A DNA stretch of 64,000 nucleotides from an uncultured Clostridia bacterium (GTDB lineage Bacteria > Bacillota > Clostridia > TANB77 > CAG-465), in contig CALXJF010000006.1 of the NCBI GenBank assembly GCA_944388575.1, positions 781 through 64,780 of the forward strand, given 5' to 3'. Under the pieces are notes generated by a model. It was not told the DNA's origin and made no database searches. It was given only the letters and a program-made list of their open reading frames with translations. The translations under genes and the position numbers were made by a program. Shown in pieces: positions 30,279-40,836 of the stretch (within the stretch, counting starts at the first letter, position 1; each line of letters opens with the position of its first letter).

Positions 30279-32435
30279 ATGATAAATAAAGAGAATTATT
30301 TTACTTATTTTAAATTTTTTTTGAAAAAGGGAAATAGAACGAAAATTAAGCTATTGTTACTAGTATTAATATCTATAACTTTATCTACATTATTAGAATC
30401 ATTAATTTATAAAAATATATACGGATATTTTTCTTTTGATAGAGTTTTATTAATTACATTGTTTATATATTTTTTAGGAATTCATTGTATATTAAAAATA
30501 AAAAATATGTATAATTTTATATACAAAAAGAGATATTTTTTGGCGGGAATTCTATTATTATTTATAATTATTATGGGATATTCAGGTTCTTCAATAATAT
30601 TACTAGATAATGTTGTTCAACCTAATTGTAGTGATAATAATTATAAACCTATTTTTGGTAAAGCCAGAGAAATTAGAGGAGATGAATGGACAACAAATAC
30701 ACTCTTAGCCTTTTCACAAAACAAATCAGAAGAAAGATTACCCTATTTTACATTAAAGGTTCGAGGAACAAGTACGGATATGTTTACAATAATTAATGCA
30801 CCAGTAGCTGATATTGTATCTGTTGGTAAACCTTTTAATATCGGATATATATTTGGTAATGAAGTAGGACTTTCATTTCAATGGTATGCAAGATTAATAG
30901 CTCTATTACTTTCTTCTTTTGAATTATGTATGTTGATTTCAAAAAAGAATAAAATGATATCACTTGTGGGAAGCTTATTAATTACATTTTCACCAGCAGT
31001 TCAGTGGTGGTATTCTAATTTTTTAGTAGATATTCTTATAATTGGTAATATAGCTATTGTTTTAATTGATAAGTTTATGACCACTAAAAAGAAACACGTT
31101 AAATATATTTGTATGGCTGTTTTATCTGTATTAGCAGTTTCTTATATATTTGTTTTTTATCCTGCATGGCAAATACCATTTGCATATGTATATCTAGCAT
31201 TATTTATATATATAATTATAAAAAACAAAAAAGAATATAAGTTTTGCATTTCAGATCTTATTGCTATTATTATAGCAATATTATTTGTGGGATTAATATT
31301 ATTTAGATATTTTGCTTTATCAAAAGACACTTTAGAGGTGTTGTTAAATACAGATTATCCTGGTTCAAGGTTTGAACTTGGTGGAGAAGGTGCTAAAGTA
31401 TTATTTTCATATATGTATAGCATGTTTTTTCCATTTTCAGACACATCTAATCCTTGTGAATATTCAAGTATGTTGTCTTTTTTCCCAATGATTTTGATAA
31501 TGTCTGTTATTTATGTGATTAGAAACGAACAAAGAAAAACTCATTATAGTTTTTTGATACCTATTTGGATAGTATCAGCTATATTAACTTTGTTTTCTTT
31601 GGTGGAAACTAATTCGATTTTTGCTAAGATGACATTTTTGTATATGTGTCCTGCTGTTAGAGTAGTTATTCCATTAGGTTTTGCACAAATTTTAATGCTT
31701 ATATATATTTTAGGCAGTATTACTTTTAAAGACAAATTACTTAGTAAAAAGAATAGTATAATATTTTCGATTGGAATTACTTCTATTTTGATGTATATTG
31801 CAATAAAAACGGCACCTACAAATTATGTAGGCTCACTGAAATCATATATTTCAGGAATATTTTATATAGTTTTATATTATTTTTTATTTTCTGCAAATGA
31901 TGAAAAAAATAAAAAAATTTTATGTTTGTTATTGAGTATATTAGCTATTATATCTGGTGGATTTGTTAATCCAATTATTAAAGGGGTAGATGTAATATAT
32001 GAAAAACCATTAAGTAGAGAAATAGCTAAAATTGTAGAAAATGACGAAAATGCTATATGGATTGTAGATAATACATTTATTATTCCAAACTATTTAGCTG
32101 CAAATGGTGCTAGAACAATAAATACTACTAATTATTATCCTAATTTTGAATTAATTAATACCATCTTTGGAGAGGAGTATGCCTCATGTGAAAATATTAG
32201 AAAGATATACAATAGATATGCACATATTTTTATTAATCTTACTGAAGAAGAATCAGACATAAATTTAATTCAAATGGATACGTATAAAATAAACTTAAAT
32301 TTAAATAAGTTAAAAGATTTAGATGTTAAATATGTTTATAGTATACGTGAATTGGAACAATATAATAATTTAAGTATTAATTTTGAAAAAGTATATTATG
32401 AGGATGGTTGTTACATATATAAAGTAACTTATTAG
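30279..32435 (+). CDS. Large integral membrane protein, GT-C/YfhO-like putative lipid-linked sugar transferase
   Basis: 13 or more TM segments, acidic RGDEW motif in the first external loop, YPAWQ, NYYPNF; glycan-locus context. Confidence 0.55.
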   Translation: MINKENYFTYFKFFLKKGNRTKIKLLLLVLISITLSTLLESLIYKNIYGYFSFDRVLLITLFIYFLGIHCILKIKNMYNFIYKKRYFLAGILLLFIIIMGYSGSSIILLDNVVQPNCSDNNYKPIFGKAREIRGDEWTTNTLLAFSQNKSEERLPYFTLKVRGTSTDMFTIINAPVADIVSVGKPFNIGYIFGNEVGLSFQWYARLIALLLSSFELCMLISKKNKMISLVGSLLITFSPAVQWWYSNFLVDILIIGNIAIVLIDKFMTTKKKHVKYICMAVLSVLAVSYIFVFYPAWQIPFAYVYLALFIYIIIKNKKEYKFCISDLIAIIIAILFVGLILFRYFALSKDTLEVLLNTDYPGSRFELGGEGAKVLFSYMYSMFFPFSDTSNPCEYSSMLSFFPMILIMSVIYVIRNEQRKTHYSFLIPIWIVSAILTLFSLVETNSIFAKMTFLYMCPAVRVVIPLGFAQILMLIYILGSITFKDKLLSKKNSIIFSIGITSILMYIAIKTAPTNYVGSLKSYISGIFYIVLYYFLFSANDEKNKKILCLLLSILAIISGGFVNPIIKGVDVIYEKPLSREIAKIVENDENAIWIVDNTFIIPNYLAANGARTINTTNYYPNFELINTIFGEEYASCENIRKIYNRYAHIFINLTEEESDINLIQMDTYKINLNLNKLKDLDVKYVYSIRELEQYNNLSINFEKVYYEDGCYIYKVTY

Positions 32436-32904
32436 TATTAATAGAAAAAGTTATGAAAAGGAATAATATAATGAGAATAAAAGTAATTGCATTTTTTTAA
32501 TTAATTCAAAGTATTTATAAAAAAATGATTCTATTATTGAATTTATAGTTGATTTAGTTTTTTTTGAAAGAAATCTAATAGAATATAAACTCATAGGAAG
32601 TTATCTTTTTTTGATGTATATTTTCAACTGTTGGTATTAGCATATGAAAATTATTAGGTATGAATAAATGATATTATCTAGAATATTTAATCTTAATTTC
32701 ATGGTATTATTCTATAAAAATATTGCTTTTTTAAAGAAAAAAGTTTCATATGTAGTACTAATTATATCAATTTCTTTTTCTAAATATGTTTATTTTTATT
32801 AGCACTAATAGTTGTAATATTACTATGGAGTAAAGAATTTAAGAGTAAAAAAGATAATAGCTTTATTTTAGTTATTTATATATATTATACAAGGAAGTGA
32901 TAAG

Positions 32905-33642
32905 ATGAAAATACTGCTTATAATACCATCGTACAATGAAGAAAATAATATATTGAAGGTATATAATCAAATTAAAGAATATAATGATGATATAAAAAAT
33001 GAATTAAAAATAGATTATATAGTAATTAATGATTGCTCAAATGACAATACATTAAAAGTATTGCAAGATAATAATATGAATTATATTGATCTGGTATCGA
33101 ATTTAGGAATAGGTGGTGCGGTTCAAACAGGATATAAATATGCTTTTATAAATGGTTATGATATTGCAATACAATTTGATGGAGATGGACAACATGACAT
33201 TAATTTTATTAAAGATATATATACTCCTATAATTGAAGCCAAAACTGATATTTGTGTTGGATCTAGGTATTTAAATAAGGAGTCAAGTAAATTTCGTTCT
33301 ACATTTATGAGAAGAGTTGGAAAAAATATTATATCTTTCTTTATAAAGATATTTACAGGTAAAAGTGTTACTGATCCTACTTCGGGATTTAGAGCTGTTA
33401 ATAAGAATATTATAAAATTATTTGCTGAAGATTATCCGATAGATTATCCAGAACCAGAATCAATCGTTAATATTATTAAAGAAGGATATGAAATTAAAGA
33501 AGTGCCTGTTTCTATGAATGAAAGAATAGGTGGAAAATCTTCAATTGATATTTTTAAGAGTATACATTATATGGTTAAAGTAAATATTTCTATAATTATT
33601 GACGGTATGAGATTTAGAAAAAAGAGAGAAAAGGTGAAATAA
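32905..33642 (+). CDS. DPM-synthase-like GT2 (GacI-like polyprenol-P sugar synthase)
   Basis: IIPSYNEE, NDCSND, NLGIGGAVQTG, QFDGDGQHD, DPTSGFRA, DYPEPES; no TM. Confidence 0.85.
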   Translation: MKILLIIPSYNEENNILKVYNQIKEYNDDIKNELKIDYIVINDCSNDNTLKVLQDNNMNYIDLVSNLGIGGAVQTGYKYAFINGYDIAIQFDGDGQHDINFIKDIYTPIIEAKTDICVGSRYLNKESSKFRSTFMRRVGKNIISFFIKIFTGKSVTDPTSGFRAVNKNIIKLFAEDYPIDYPEPESIVNIIKEGYEIKEVPVSMNERIGGKSSIDIFKSIHYMVKVNISIIIDGMRFRKKREKVK

Positions 33643-33643
33643 T

Positions 33644-34000
33644 ATGACTACTACTTTAAGAATTGTTTTAATAGGAATCGCAATCATATATTTATGGTTA
33701 ATAATCATTGCGGTAAGAAAAAGAAAAATGCAAGCATCAATTGCTACATTTTGGATATTAACAGGTATTTTACTTATTGTAGCTGTAGTTATACCAAATT
33801 TTATTGAAACTATTTCTAATATATTGGGATTTGAACAAACATCCAATATGGTTTTTTGTTTAACTATTTTTATGGCATTTTGTGCTTTACTTTATTTAAC
33901 AATGTTAGTATCAAAACAATCCAAAAAATGTATAACATTAATTCAAGAAATTTCAATTTTAAAGAAGAAAGTGGAAGAATTAGAAAAAAATATAAATTAA
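33644..34000 (+). CDS. DUF2304-family small membrane protein (GacJ-like)
   Basis: Three TM segments, C-terminal ..LIQEISIL coiled coil; directly after the GacI-like GT2. Confidence 0.8.
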   Translation: MTTTLRIVLIGIAIIYLWLIIIAVRKRKMQASIATFWILTGILLIVAVVIPNFIETISNILGFEQTSNMVFCLTIFMAFCALLYLTMLVSKQSKKCITLIQEISILKKKVEELEKNIN

Positions 34001-34025
34001 AGAAAAAAGTAGGTGTGGTTATTTT

Positions 34026-34370
34026 ATGAAATATATATTAATATGTATTTATTTATTACTTACGCTTTCAGGACTTACACTTATGAAAAAGGGTGGCAAT
34101 TCTGGAAAAATAAAATTTAATAAAGAAGAATTAAGTTTTTCGATGAGCCCTATTAGTGCTTTGGGATTTGTATGTTATTTATGTAGTTTTTTGTTATTTA
34201 CAAGAATTGTAATTATGTTCGATCTAAGTTATATTATGCCTATTGTAACAGGAATTGTACAAGTTCTGACGTTAGTTGTGGCTAACCGATTTTTTAAAGA
34301 AAAAATAGATGGTAAAGCTATTATTGGACTATGTTGTATTATAGTAGGTATATTTATAATGAACATGTAG
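34026..34370 (+). CDS. Small 4-TM SMR/EamA-like protein (ArnE/F-like), subunit 1
   Basis: GLTLMKKGG, FDLSYIMPI, F.EKI...IIG..IIVG; 114 aa. Confidence 0.65.
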   Translation: MKYILICIYLLLTLSGLTLMKKGGNSGKIKFNKEELSFSMSPISALGFVCYLCSFLLFTRIVIMFDLSYIMPIVTGIVQVLTLVVANRFFKEKIDGKAIIGLCCIIVGIFIMNM

Positions 34371-34378
34371 GGGGAGTT

Positions 34379-34759
34379 ATGAGAAAAAAATTTTTAGTAG
34401 TATTATATGTTATACTAACTATATTAGGGTTAGTATTAATGAAATTAGGGGGGAATACAGGTACTGTAAATATTAAAGGAAGCTCTTTTGATTTCTCAAT
34501 GAGTTTAATAAGTTTAATAGGATTTATATGCTATATTATGAGTTTTTTAATATTTTCTAATATAATTGTTAAGTTTGATTTAAGTTATATTATTCCTATA
34601 ACTTCTGGAATTGTACAAGTGTTAACTTTAATTTCTGGTTTTGTAATTTTTAGCGAAAGCATAACTATAAAAGGAATAATAGGAGCTTTAATGGTAATTA
34701 GTGGAATTGTAATTATGAATGTAAAAAAGAATAAAAAATACGTTGAGGATAAATTATGA
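34379..34759 (+). CDS. Small 4-TM SMR/EamA-like protein (ArnE/F-like), subunit 2
   Basis: Paralog of the preceding gene (GLVLMKLGG, FDLSYIIPI, FSESITIKGIIG); RBS GGGGAG before ATG 34379. Confidence 0.65.
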   Translation: MRKKFLVVLYVILTILGLVLMKLGGNTGTVNIKGSSFDFSMSLISLIGFICYIMSFLIFSNIIVKFDLSYIIPITSGIVQVLTLISGFVIFSESITIKGIIGALMVISGIVIMNVKKNKKYVEDKL

Positions 34760-35628
34760 AAACAGCAATAATAATATTAAATTATAATGATTCAGATAAT
34801 ACTATAAAATTTGTTAATAATATAAAAGAATATAATATACTTAATACAATATTGGTAGTTGATAATAATTCTAATATTGGAAAAGAATTAGAAAAATTAG
34901 ATGCTCTAAAATCTGAAAAAGTACATGTGATAAAATCAGATAAAAATGGTGGATATGCATATGGAAATAATTTTGGACTTAAATATTTAGAAAAATTAGG
35001 AAAATATGATTATGTAATTATATCAAATCCCGATATTGCAGTTGAAGAAAAAAGTATAGAAAAATGTATTGATTTTTTAAATAATAATAAAGAGGCGGCT
35101 ATTGTAGCACCTAGAATGTATTTTATAAACGGACCTGCTAGAAGAGCCGCATGGAAAAAAAGAACAATCGGAATAGATATGGCATCTTCAACTAGAGTTA
35201 CAGAGGCTTTATTTTATCCAATATTTAAAAAAGGAGAATATACAAAAAAAGACTATTTAAAAAATACTTTAGAAGTTGATGCTATAGCTGGAGCATTTTT
35301 TGTTGCTAAATTTGAAATTTTTAAACAAATGAATTATTTTGACGAAAATACTTTTTTGTTTTATGAAGAAGATATTATAGGTGAAAAAATTAGAAAAGCA
35401 GGATATAAGATCTACTTATTAAATGATATTTCTTTTATGCATTATGATAGCCAAACAATCGGAAAAACGATCAAATATATAAATAAAATTCAAATACTTT
35501 TTGATAGTAAAATTTATTATCATAAGGAGTATAATAACGCAAATAAATTTCAGATTATAATATTTAAGATTTTAAAAAGTATTAGAAAGTTTGAAATATA
35601 TATTACCAATCTCTTTAAAAAGCGTTGA
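34756..35628 (+). CDS. GT2 glycosyltransferase
   Basis: IIILNYN, VVDNNS, NGGYAYGNNFG, ISNPD, FDENTFLFYEED. Confidence 0.85.
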   Translation: MKTAIIILNYNDSDNTIKFVNNIKEYNILNTILVVDNNSNIGKELEKLDALKSEKVHVIKSDKNGGYAYGNNFGLKYLEKLGKYDYVIISNPDIAVEEKSIEKCIDFLNNNKEAAIVAPRMYFINGPARRAAWKKRTIGIDMASSTRVTEALFYPIFKKGEYTKKDYLKNTLEVDAIAGAFFVAKFEIFKQMNYFDENTFLFYEEDIIGEKIRKAGYKIYLLNDISFMHYDSQTIGKTIKYINKIQILFDSKIYYHKEYNNANKFQIIIFKILKSIRKFEIYITNLFKKR

Positions 35629-35653
35629 CTTTAAACTTAGATAATGTTAAAAT
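35625..35653 (+). promoter_or_regulatory. sigmaA promoter of galE
   Basis: TTGACT-17 nt-TAAAAT. Confidence 0.65.
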
Positions 35654-35733
35654 TAATTTGTACATAATAAATACATTTTGGCGAGTTATATTTTTTATAT
35701 TCTCGCCTATATTTTTAGGAGGTGTCTTTTATT

Positions 35734-36741
35734 ATGAAAAAGATATTAGTAACAGGTGGAGCAGGATATATAGGCTCTCATACTTGTGTAGAATTATTAA
35801 ATGTAGGAAAAGAATTAGTTGTGATAGATAACTTTTCAAATAGCAAACCAGAAGTTATAGATAATATAAAAAAAATTACAGGTAAAGACTTTAAATTTTA
35901 TGAAATCGATTATTTAGATAGAGAAAAATTAGAAAAAGTTTTTGAAGAAAATGAAGTCGAATCTGTAATAAACTTTGCAGGCTTTAAAGCGGTAGGTGAA
36001 TCTGTAGCAAAACCAGTAGAATATTATATAAACAATGTATCAGGAGCCTTAGTTTTACTTGAGACAATGAAAAAATATGGGATTAAAAAATTTGTTTTTA
36101 GTTCGTCTGCTACTGTATATGGTGATCCAGAAGTAGTTCCAATAACTGAAGATTCAGAAGTTGGAGGTACTACAAATCCATATGGAACTTCAAAACTTAT
36201 GATTGAGCAAATTTTACAAGATTTATATAAATCTGATAATTCTTGGGATATTGTTATTTTAAGATATTTTAATCCTGTTGGAGCACATTCTAGTGGCCTG
36301 ATAGGTGAAAATCCTCAAGGAATTCCAAATAATTTAATGCCATATATAGCGCAAGTAGCTAGTGGTAAACTAAAAGAATTATCTGTATTTGGAAATGACT
36401 ATAATACGAAAGATGGAACAGGTGTTAGAGATTACATTCATGTAGTTGACTTAGCAATTGGTCATGTTAAAGCTATTGAAAAAATTTATAGAGAAGGAAA
36501 AGGATTATATATATATAATTTAGGAACTGGAAAGGGATATAGTGTTCTTGATATGCTTAAAGCGTTTGAAAAAGCAAATAATATAGAGGTACCATATAAA
36601 ATAGCACCAAGGAGACCAGGAGATATTGCAACTTGTTTTGCTGATCCTAGAAAAGCTGAGAAAGAGTTAGAATTTAGAACTCAAAAAAGTTTAGAAGATA
36701 TGTGTAGAGATACTTGGAATTTCCAAAAGAATTTAATGTAA
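35734..36741 (+). CDS. galE: UDP-glucose 4-epimerase
   Basis: [52 protein letters not shown]. Confidence 0.96.
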   Translation: MKKILVTGGAGYIGSHTCVELLNVGKELVVIDNFSNSKPEVIDNIKKITGKDFKFYEIDYLDREKLEKVFEENEVESVINFAGFKAVGESVAKPVEYYINNVSGALVLLETMKKYGIKKFVFSSSATVYGDPEVVPITEDSEVGGTTNPYGTSKLMIEQILQDLYKSDNSWDIVILRYFNPVGAHSSGLIGENPQGIPNNLMPYIAQVASGKLKELSVFGNDYNTKDGTGVRDYIHVVDLAIGHVKAIEKIYREGKGLYIYNLGTGKGYSVLDMLKAFEKANNIEVPYKIAPRRPGDIATCFADPRKAEKELEFRTQKSLEDMCRDTWNFQKNLM

Positions 36742-36757
36742 TTGCTATAGGTGATAT

Positions 36758-37639
36758 ATGAATAAGTTAAATAAAAAAAGCATAATTATTTTAACAACTA
36801 TAATTGTTGTAATCGTTATGGTTGTGATGGGTGTTATTTTATTTAGTAGAAAAGAAATAAATAACGAACAAAAAGAAACACCATATATTAATGATAATGT
36901 GAATGATATTGGGGTTCAACAAAAATATGAAGAAAAATTGAAACCTAAGAGTATTACTGCATCTGTTCCTATATTTATGTATCATTTTGTTAGAGATGAT
37001 ACAGGTGATTATGAATATCCAGAGAATATGGTAAAACCAGAAACTTTAAGAGCTCAATTGCAATATATAAAAGATAATGGATATGAAACAATATATAAAG
37101 ATGATATAGGAAGATTAGAATACTTTAATAAACCTGTTTGGCTCACTTTTGATGATGGTTGGGAAGACTTTTATTTGAATGCATTTCCACTATTTAAGGA
37201 ATATAATATGAAAGCATCATATTACGTAATTACAGATTTAATAGGTACTCCTGGATATGTTAAGTTAGAACAACTAAAAGAAATGAAAGAAAGTGGTCTT
37301 ATTGATATTCAGTCTCATACTGTTACACATCCAAGATTGGCTACATTGAATGCAAGTGAAGTATATAATGAGTTATCAGAATCTAAAAAATTTTTAAAAG
37401 AAAATTTAGAGATCGAAAGTAATGTTATATGTTATCCATATGGCTCATATGATGATAATGTTATTTCGATTTCAAAAGAGGTAGGATACCAGTATGGATT
37501 GGCTATGTCAGGAGGAGTATATCATAGTAATAAACATATCAATGTATATCAAATACCTAGAATTTATGCTAATCGTTCTATGTCAATAGATACTTTTGCA
37601 AGTTATATAAAACAATCAAGAGTTTATGTAGAATGGTAA
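36758..37639 (+). CDS. Membrane-anchored polysaccharide deacetylase (CE4/NodB, IcaB-like)
   Basis: N-terminal TM; PIFMYH, LTFDDG, SHTVTH, CYPYG. Confidence 0.88.
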   Translation: MNKLNKKSIIILTTIIVVIVMVVMGVILFSRKEINNEQKETPYINDNVNDIGVQQKYEEKLKPKSITASVPIFMYHFVRDDTGDYEYPENMVKPETLRAQLQYIKDNGYETIYKDDIGRLEYFNKPVWLTFDDGWEDFYLNAFPLFKEYNMKASYYVITDLIGTPGYVKLEQLKEMKESGLIDIQSHTVTHPRLATLNASEVYNELSESKKFLKENLEIESNVICYPYGSYDDNVISISKEVGYQYGLAMSGGVYHSNKHINVYQIPRIYANRSMSIDTFASYIKQSRVYVEW

Positions 37640-37695
37640 ATTTTTATTTCTACTATGAAAAAAATATATATTATTATAAAAATTCAGTGATGATA

Positions 37696-37724
37696 TTGAA
37701 AAAATCATATATTAATTATATAAT
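37696..37724 (+). promoter_or_regulatory. sigmaA promoter of the 40-aa sORF
   Basis: TTGAAA-17 nt-TATAAT. Confidence 0.65.
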
Positions 37725-37753
37725 ATTTAAAGTAAAGTAGGAGGTAAGCGTAT

Positions 37754-37876
37754 ATGGAAAAAAAAGAAAATAATTTGGAAGAGCCAAGAGATAGAGCAGA
37801 AGCTTTATTAAGATTGATTTTTGTTTGCTTAATAATAGGCTTTGCTACTATAATTACAGTATTATTGTTAAAATAG
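37754..37876 (+). CDS. Small single-TM protein, 40 aa (not in the ORF track)
   Basis: AGGAGG RBS; MEKKENNLEEPRDRAEALLRLIFVCLIIGFATIITVLLLK*; own promoter and terminator. Confidence 0.75.
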   Translation: MEKKENNLEEPRDRAEALLRLIFVCLIIGFATIITVLLLK

Positions 37877-37899
37877 ATTTAAATATGTTTATTATATGT

Positions 37900-37950
37900 A
37901 AATAAGGTATTTAATTTTAGCCTAAAACTAAAATATACCTTATTTTTTTT
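37900..37950 (+). terminator. Intrinsic terminator after the sORF
   Basis: AAATAAGGTAT...ATACCTTATTT stem followed by a T tract. Confidence 0.7.
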
Positions 37951-37993
37951 CATATTTCATATATAGAAAAAATTTTTTAGTAATGTAAAAAAA

Positions 37994-38022
37994 TTGACAA
38001 AATAAATTTAATATGTTAATAT
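37994..38022 (+). promoter_or_regulatory. sigmaA promoter
   Basis: TTGACA-17 nt-TAATAT with TG extension. Confidence 0.7.
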
Positions 38023-38048
38023 TTGTATATCTCTAAAGGAGGTATAAA

Positions 38049-39695
38049 ATGGATACAGTAAAAATTAATAAAATGTATAAAAAAATTGTAGATAAAAACT
38101 TAGAAATAATAAAATATGCATCTAATGAAAAGAAATTTATACAAAAGGAAAAAGAAGTGCTGTCTTTGTATGAAGAAATTTTTGATATAATTTTTGAAGA
38201 ATGTAAAAAAAATAATATAAAAAATGAAGAGGAGTTTTCAACAAAATTCCCTAATATTTATATTAACTTAGATAATTTTATTTACGAATATGTTGAACAA
38301 TTTTATATAGTTATTGAATATGATAAGTCATATTCTCCAAAGTTAATAGCACTACTTGATAAGTTGATTAATCATTTTGAATTTGAAGATGAGTGTGCTT
38401 TGTTATATAAGTTGAGTTTGGCTAGAGGAAAATATGAAATAGGTTCAGAAAAAGAAGTGATGAAAATTTTAGAAGATTGCGTAAAAGAATATCCAAAATA
38501 TAGTGATGTGATTGATGATGGAGAAGGTTTTGATGACCTATTAAACTATGATGAGGAAATGTTTATAGATGAGTATCAAAAACTAAAAGAGCTAGAGAAA
38601 AAAGAATATGGAACAATGATCAAGGATTTTTTGAAAGAAGTATTCTTAGATAAAGTAAAAAAGAAAAAAACATATGAACAGTATTTAGACGAACGTGAAC
38701 CAAATTATTCTAAATATACGTCTTTATTTTGTGTAGATAATAAAATACAAGAAGAAATTAATAGTAAGGAATTCTTATTAGAAAATAAACAGGAGATAAT
38801 AAAATCTATATTAATTAGTTTAAAAGAAGAAAACTTTTATGTATTAAAAGATTTAATTAAAGAAAAATATAAAAAAGTTAATATATCTGATACGATAGAA
38901 GAACTATCAAATAATTATGTAGCATATATGTCATTAGTTAATTTGGGAATTGTGTTTGGCGAAATAAGAGGTAATAATGTTATTTTACATATTCCAGATG
39001 ATAATATAGAAATATTAAAGAGTTTATTAGAAGATAAATCAATACAAAGAAAAAATAAAAAGATTAATAAAATATACACTTTTATAGAAGGTGCTATAAA
39101 AACATATGGAGTAATTGATATTAAATCACTTGCTAAGATATATAGCGAGCTATTTAAAAAAGAAGAAGGTGATTTGGCGACTTATTTATTTAGGTTGTCA
39201 ACCAATTATAATAGGATGGGGATTATCTTAGATAAAAATAATAAAAAAATAGAGTACGTATTTTATAATGTGTTAAGTGAGGAAGAAGCAATTAAAATTG
39301 TAAAAAGTAATCCGAATTTGAACTATTATAAATATACATTTGACTTTTATAAAAAAATTAATTCTAAAGATTACTTAAAAAAATTACCGTCATTAAAAAG
39401 GTTTGATAAAAATATAAAAGATAGATATTATATAAGACTTGAAATGATATTTCCAGAAATATATCAGATATTATCTGAATATGTATTGATTAGACAAATT
39501 AATAAAAAATCTGCAGATAAAATATTAGATGATATGAAAAATAGCAGATTAAAGTCCGAATCTAATAATGAAGAAGAGGAAATGTTTGATGTTTTTTTTA
39601 AATCTTTATTAAAGTTGTTCAATGATGTATTTGGTGAAATACCTAATTGGAAACAAAGGGGAAGAATATTGAAACAAGCTAATAAAAATGTATAA
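38049..39695 (+). CDS. Hypothetical acidic/lysine-rich helical protein, 548 aa
   Basis: AAGGAGG RBS, long ORF, own promoter and terminator; no motif confidently recognised. Confidence 0.8.
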   Translation: MDTVKINKMYKKIVDKNLEIIKYASNEKKFIQKEKEVLSLYEEIFDIIFEECKKNNIKNEEEFSTKFPNIYINLDNFIYEYVEQFYIVIEYDKSYSPKLIALLDKLINHFEFEDECALLYKLSLARGKYEIGSEKEVMKILEDCVKEYPKYSDVIDDGEGFDDLLNYDEEMFIDEYQKLKELEKKEYGTMIKDFLKEVFLDKVKKKKTYEQYLDEREPNYSKYTSLFCVDNKIQEEINSKEFLLENKQEIIKSILISLKEENFYVLKDLIKEKYKKVNISDTIEELSNNYVAYMSLVNLGIVFGEIRGNNVILHIPDDNIEILKSLLEDKSIQRKNKKINKIYTFIEGAIKTYGVIDIKSLAKIYSELFKKEEGDLATYLFRLSTNYNRMGIILDKNNKKIEYVFYNVLSEEEAIKIVKSNPNLNYYKYTFDFYKKINSKDYLKKLPSLKRFDKNIKDRYYIRLEMIFPEIYQILSEYVLIRQINKKSADKILDDMKNSRLKSESNNEEEEMFDVFFKSLLKLFNDVFGEIPNWKQRGRILKQANKNV

Positions 39696-39731
39696 AAAAA
39701 TCTCAAATTGTTATTATAATTTGAGTTTTTT
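39696..39731 (+). terminator. Intrinsic terminator
   Basis: CTCAAATT...AATTTGAG stem flanked by A and T tracts. Confidence 0.65.
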
Positions 39732-39772
39732 AGAGCATATGTGTAATGTTAAACATAAAAATATATATTGGT

Positions 39773-40836
39773 GAATTGTAAAAGTAAAATCCGTTTGTAG
39801 AAGTAACTTCCGGATGAAAGAGAAAAGTCAGTTTTTAGACGTTTCTTTTCGCATAAAACTTGATTTTTTCCCTAAAATAATGTAATATTAATTTATAGAA
39901 ACGAGAAATTGAGCATGACAAGCAAGCAAAAAGAAGAAAAAATTTTTTTCGTGAAAGATTAACTTTCGTTTGCTTAGATTACATATTCAATTAGAAGATG
40001 TTTCTAGGGCTTAATAAATATCTATTTAATATAATATAGATAAGTGAGTTTATTTAATTTTTAAAAGATATGGCTGTAGTGTGACCATATCTTTTTCTAT
40101 CTTTTGTATATTAAGCTTGTTTAGTATTTCTTTACCATATAGAAACTCAAAAGCTTCATAAGGTGTTTTTCCATTTAATACTTTTCTAGGCGTTGAATTA
40201 ATATGAGAAAACATTAAATTTAAATCTTCTTGTGTCAAATTTTTTAAAGATTTTCCATTAGGTATAATATCTCTAACATAATTGTGATTGTTTTCTACAT
40301 GAGGTTTTTGACTAGGTGTTTGAGGGTCACAATAAAAAATATTAGTTCTAATTTCATTAGTTTCTGTATTTACTTCAAATAGTTCGTATTTTTGAAATTC
40401 TGTACCTCTATCAGTTAAAATTAGAGAAAATAATTTAAAATAATCATTTTTTAGAATTTTTTGTAAATTATCTAAAGTGCTAGTCATAGATTCAGAAGTT
40501 TTTTCAATATGTAGAAATCTAATCATGAGTCCTGTATTTTGAAATATGAAAGTTTGGATATATGGACCATCTTGATGATTGTAAATTGTATCCATTTCTG
40601 TTGTAATAATATTTGGATTATCTTTAATAAATTGTAAAAAATCAAATAACTTACGACATTTTAAATTTTATCAATAAAGCCCACAATGCATATATAACAA
40701 TATGTTGCAAGCTTTTTATTCCTTTTAACTGTTAAAAACAGGATTATACCATTTAGAACTTAATCTTTCAAATTATTTTTTGTGTAAGGTTAAATTCTGA
40801 TATTAAATATTCTAACTGGAATTTACTTTGTAATTT
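39773..40836 (-). mobile_element. IS30-family element with internal deletion
   Basis: Imperfect IRs GAATTGTAAAAGTAAAATCC / GGAATTTACTTTGTAATT; minus-strand TTGAAA-17-TATAAT promoter; only the DDE half of the transposase remains. Confidence 0.65.
40050..40650 (-). pseudogene. IS30 transposase C-terminal (DDE) fragment
   Basis: EMDTI, LTDRGTEF, FYCDP..PSQKPHVENNH..VR.IIP.G, HINSTPRKVLNGKTPYE; N-terminal HTH region and start codon absent. Confidence 0.85.

Noticed and set aside
19958-32459. 18-bp match TAGAAAAAGTTATGAAAA near 19958 and 32442
   Set aside because: A-rich; a few matches of this length are expected by chance in a window this AT-rich
32436-32904. Possible decayed membrane-protein gene in a 470-bp intergenic gap
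   Set aside because: Hydrophobic fragments occur in several frames with many stops; indistinguishable from AT-rich noise without a homology search
35625-35831. 68-aa ORF bridging the GT2 gene and galE
   Set aside because: It overlaps the galE promoter, RBS and coding start; no RBS of its own
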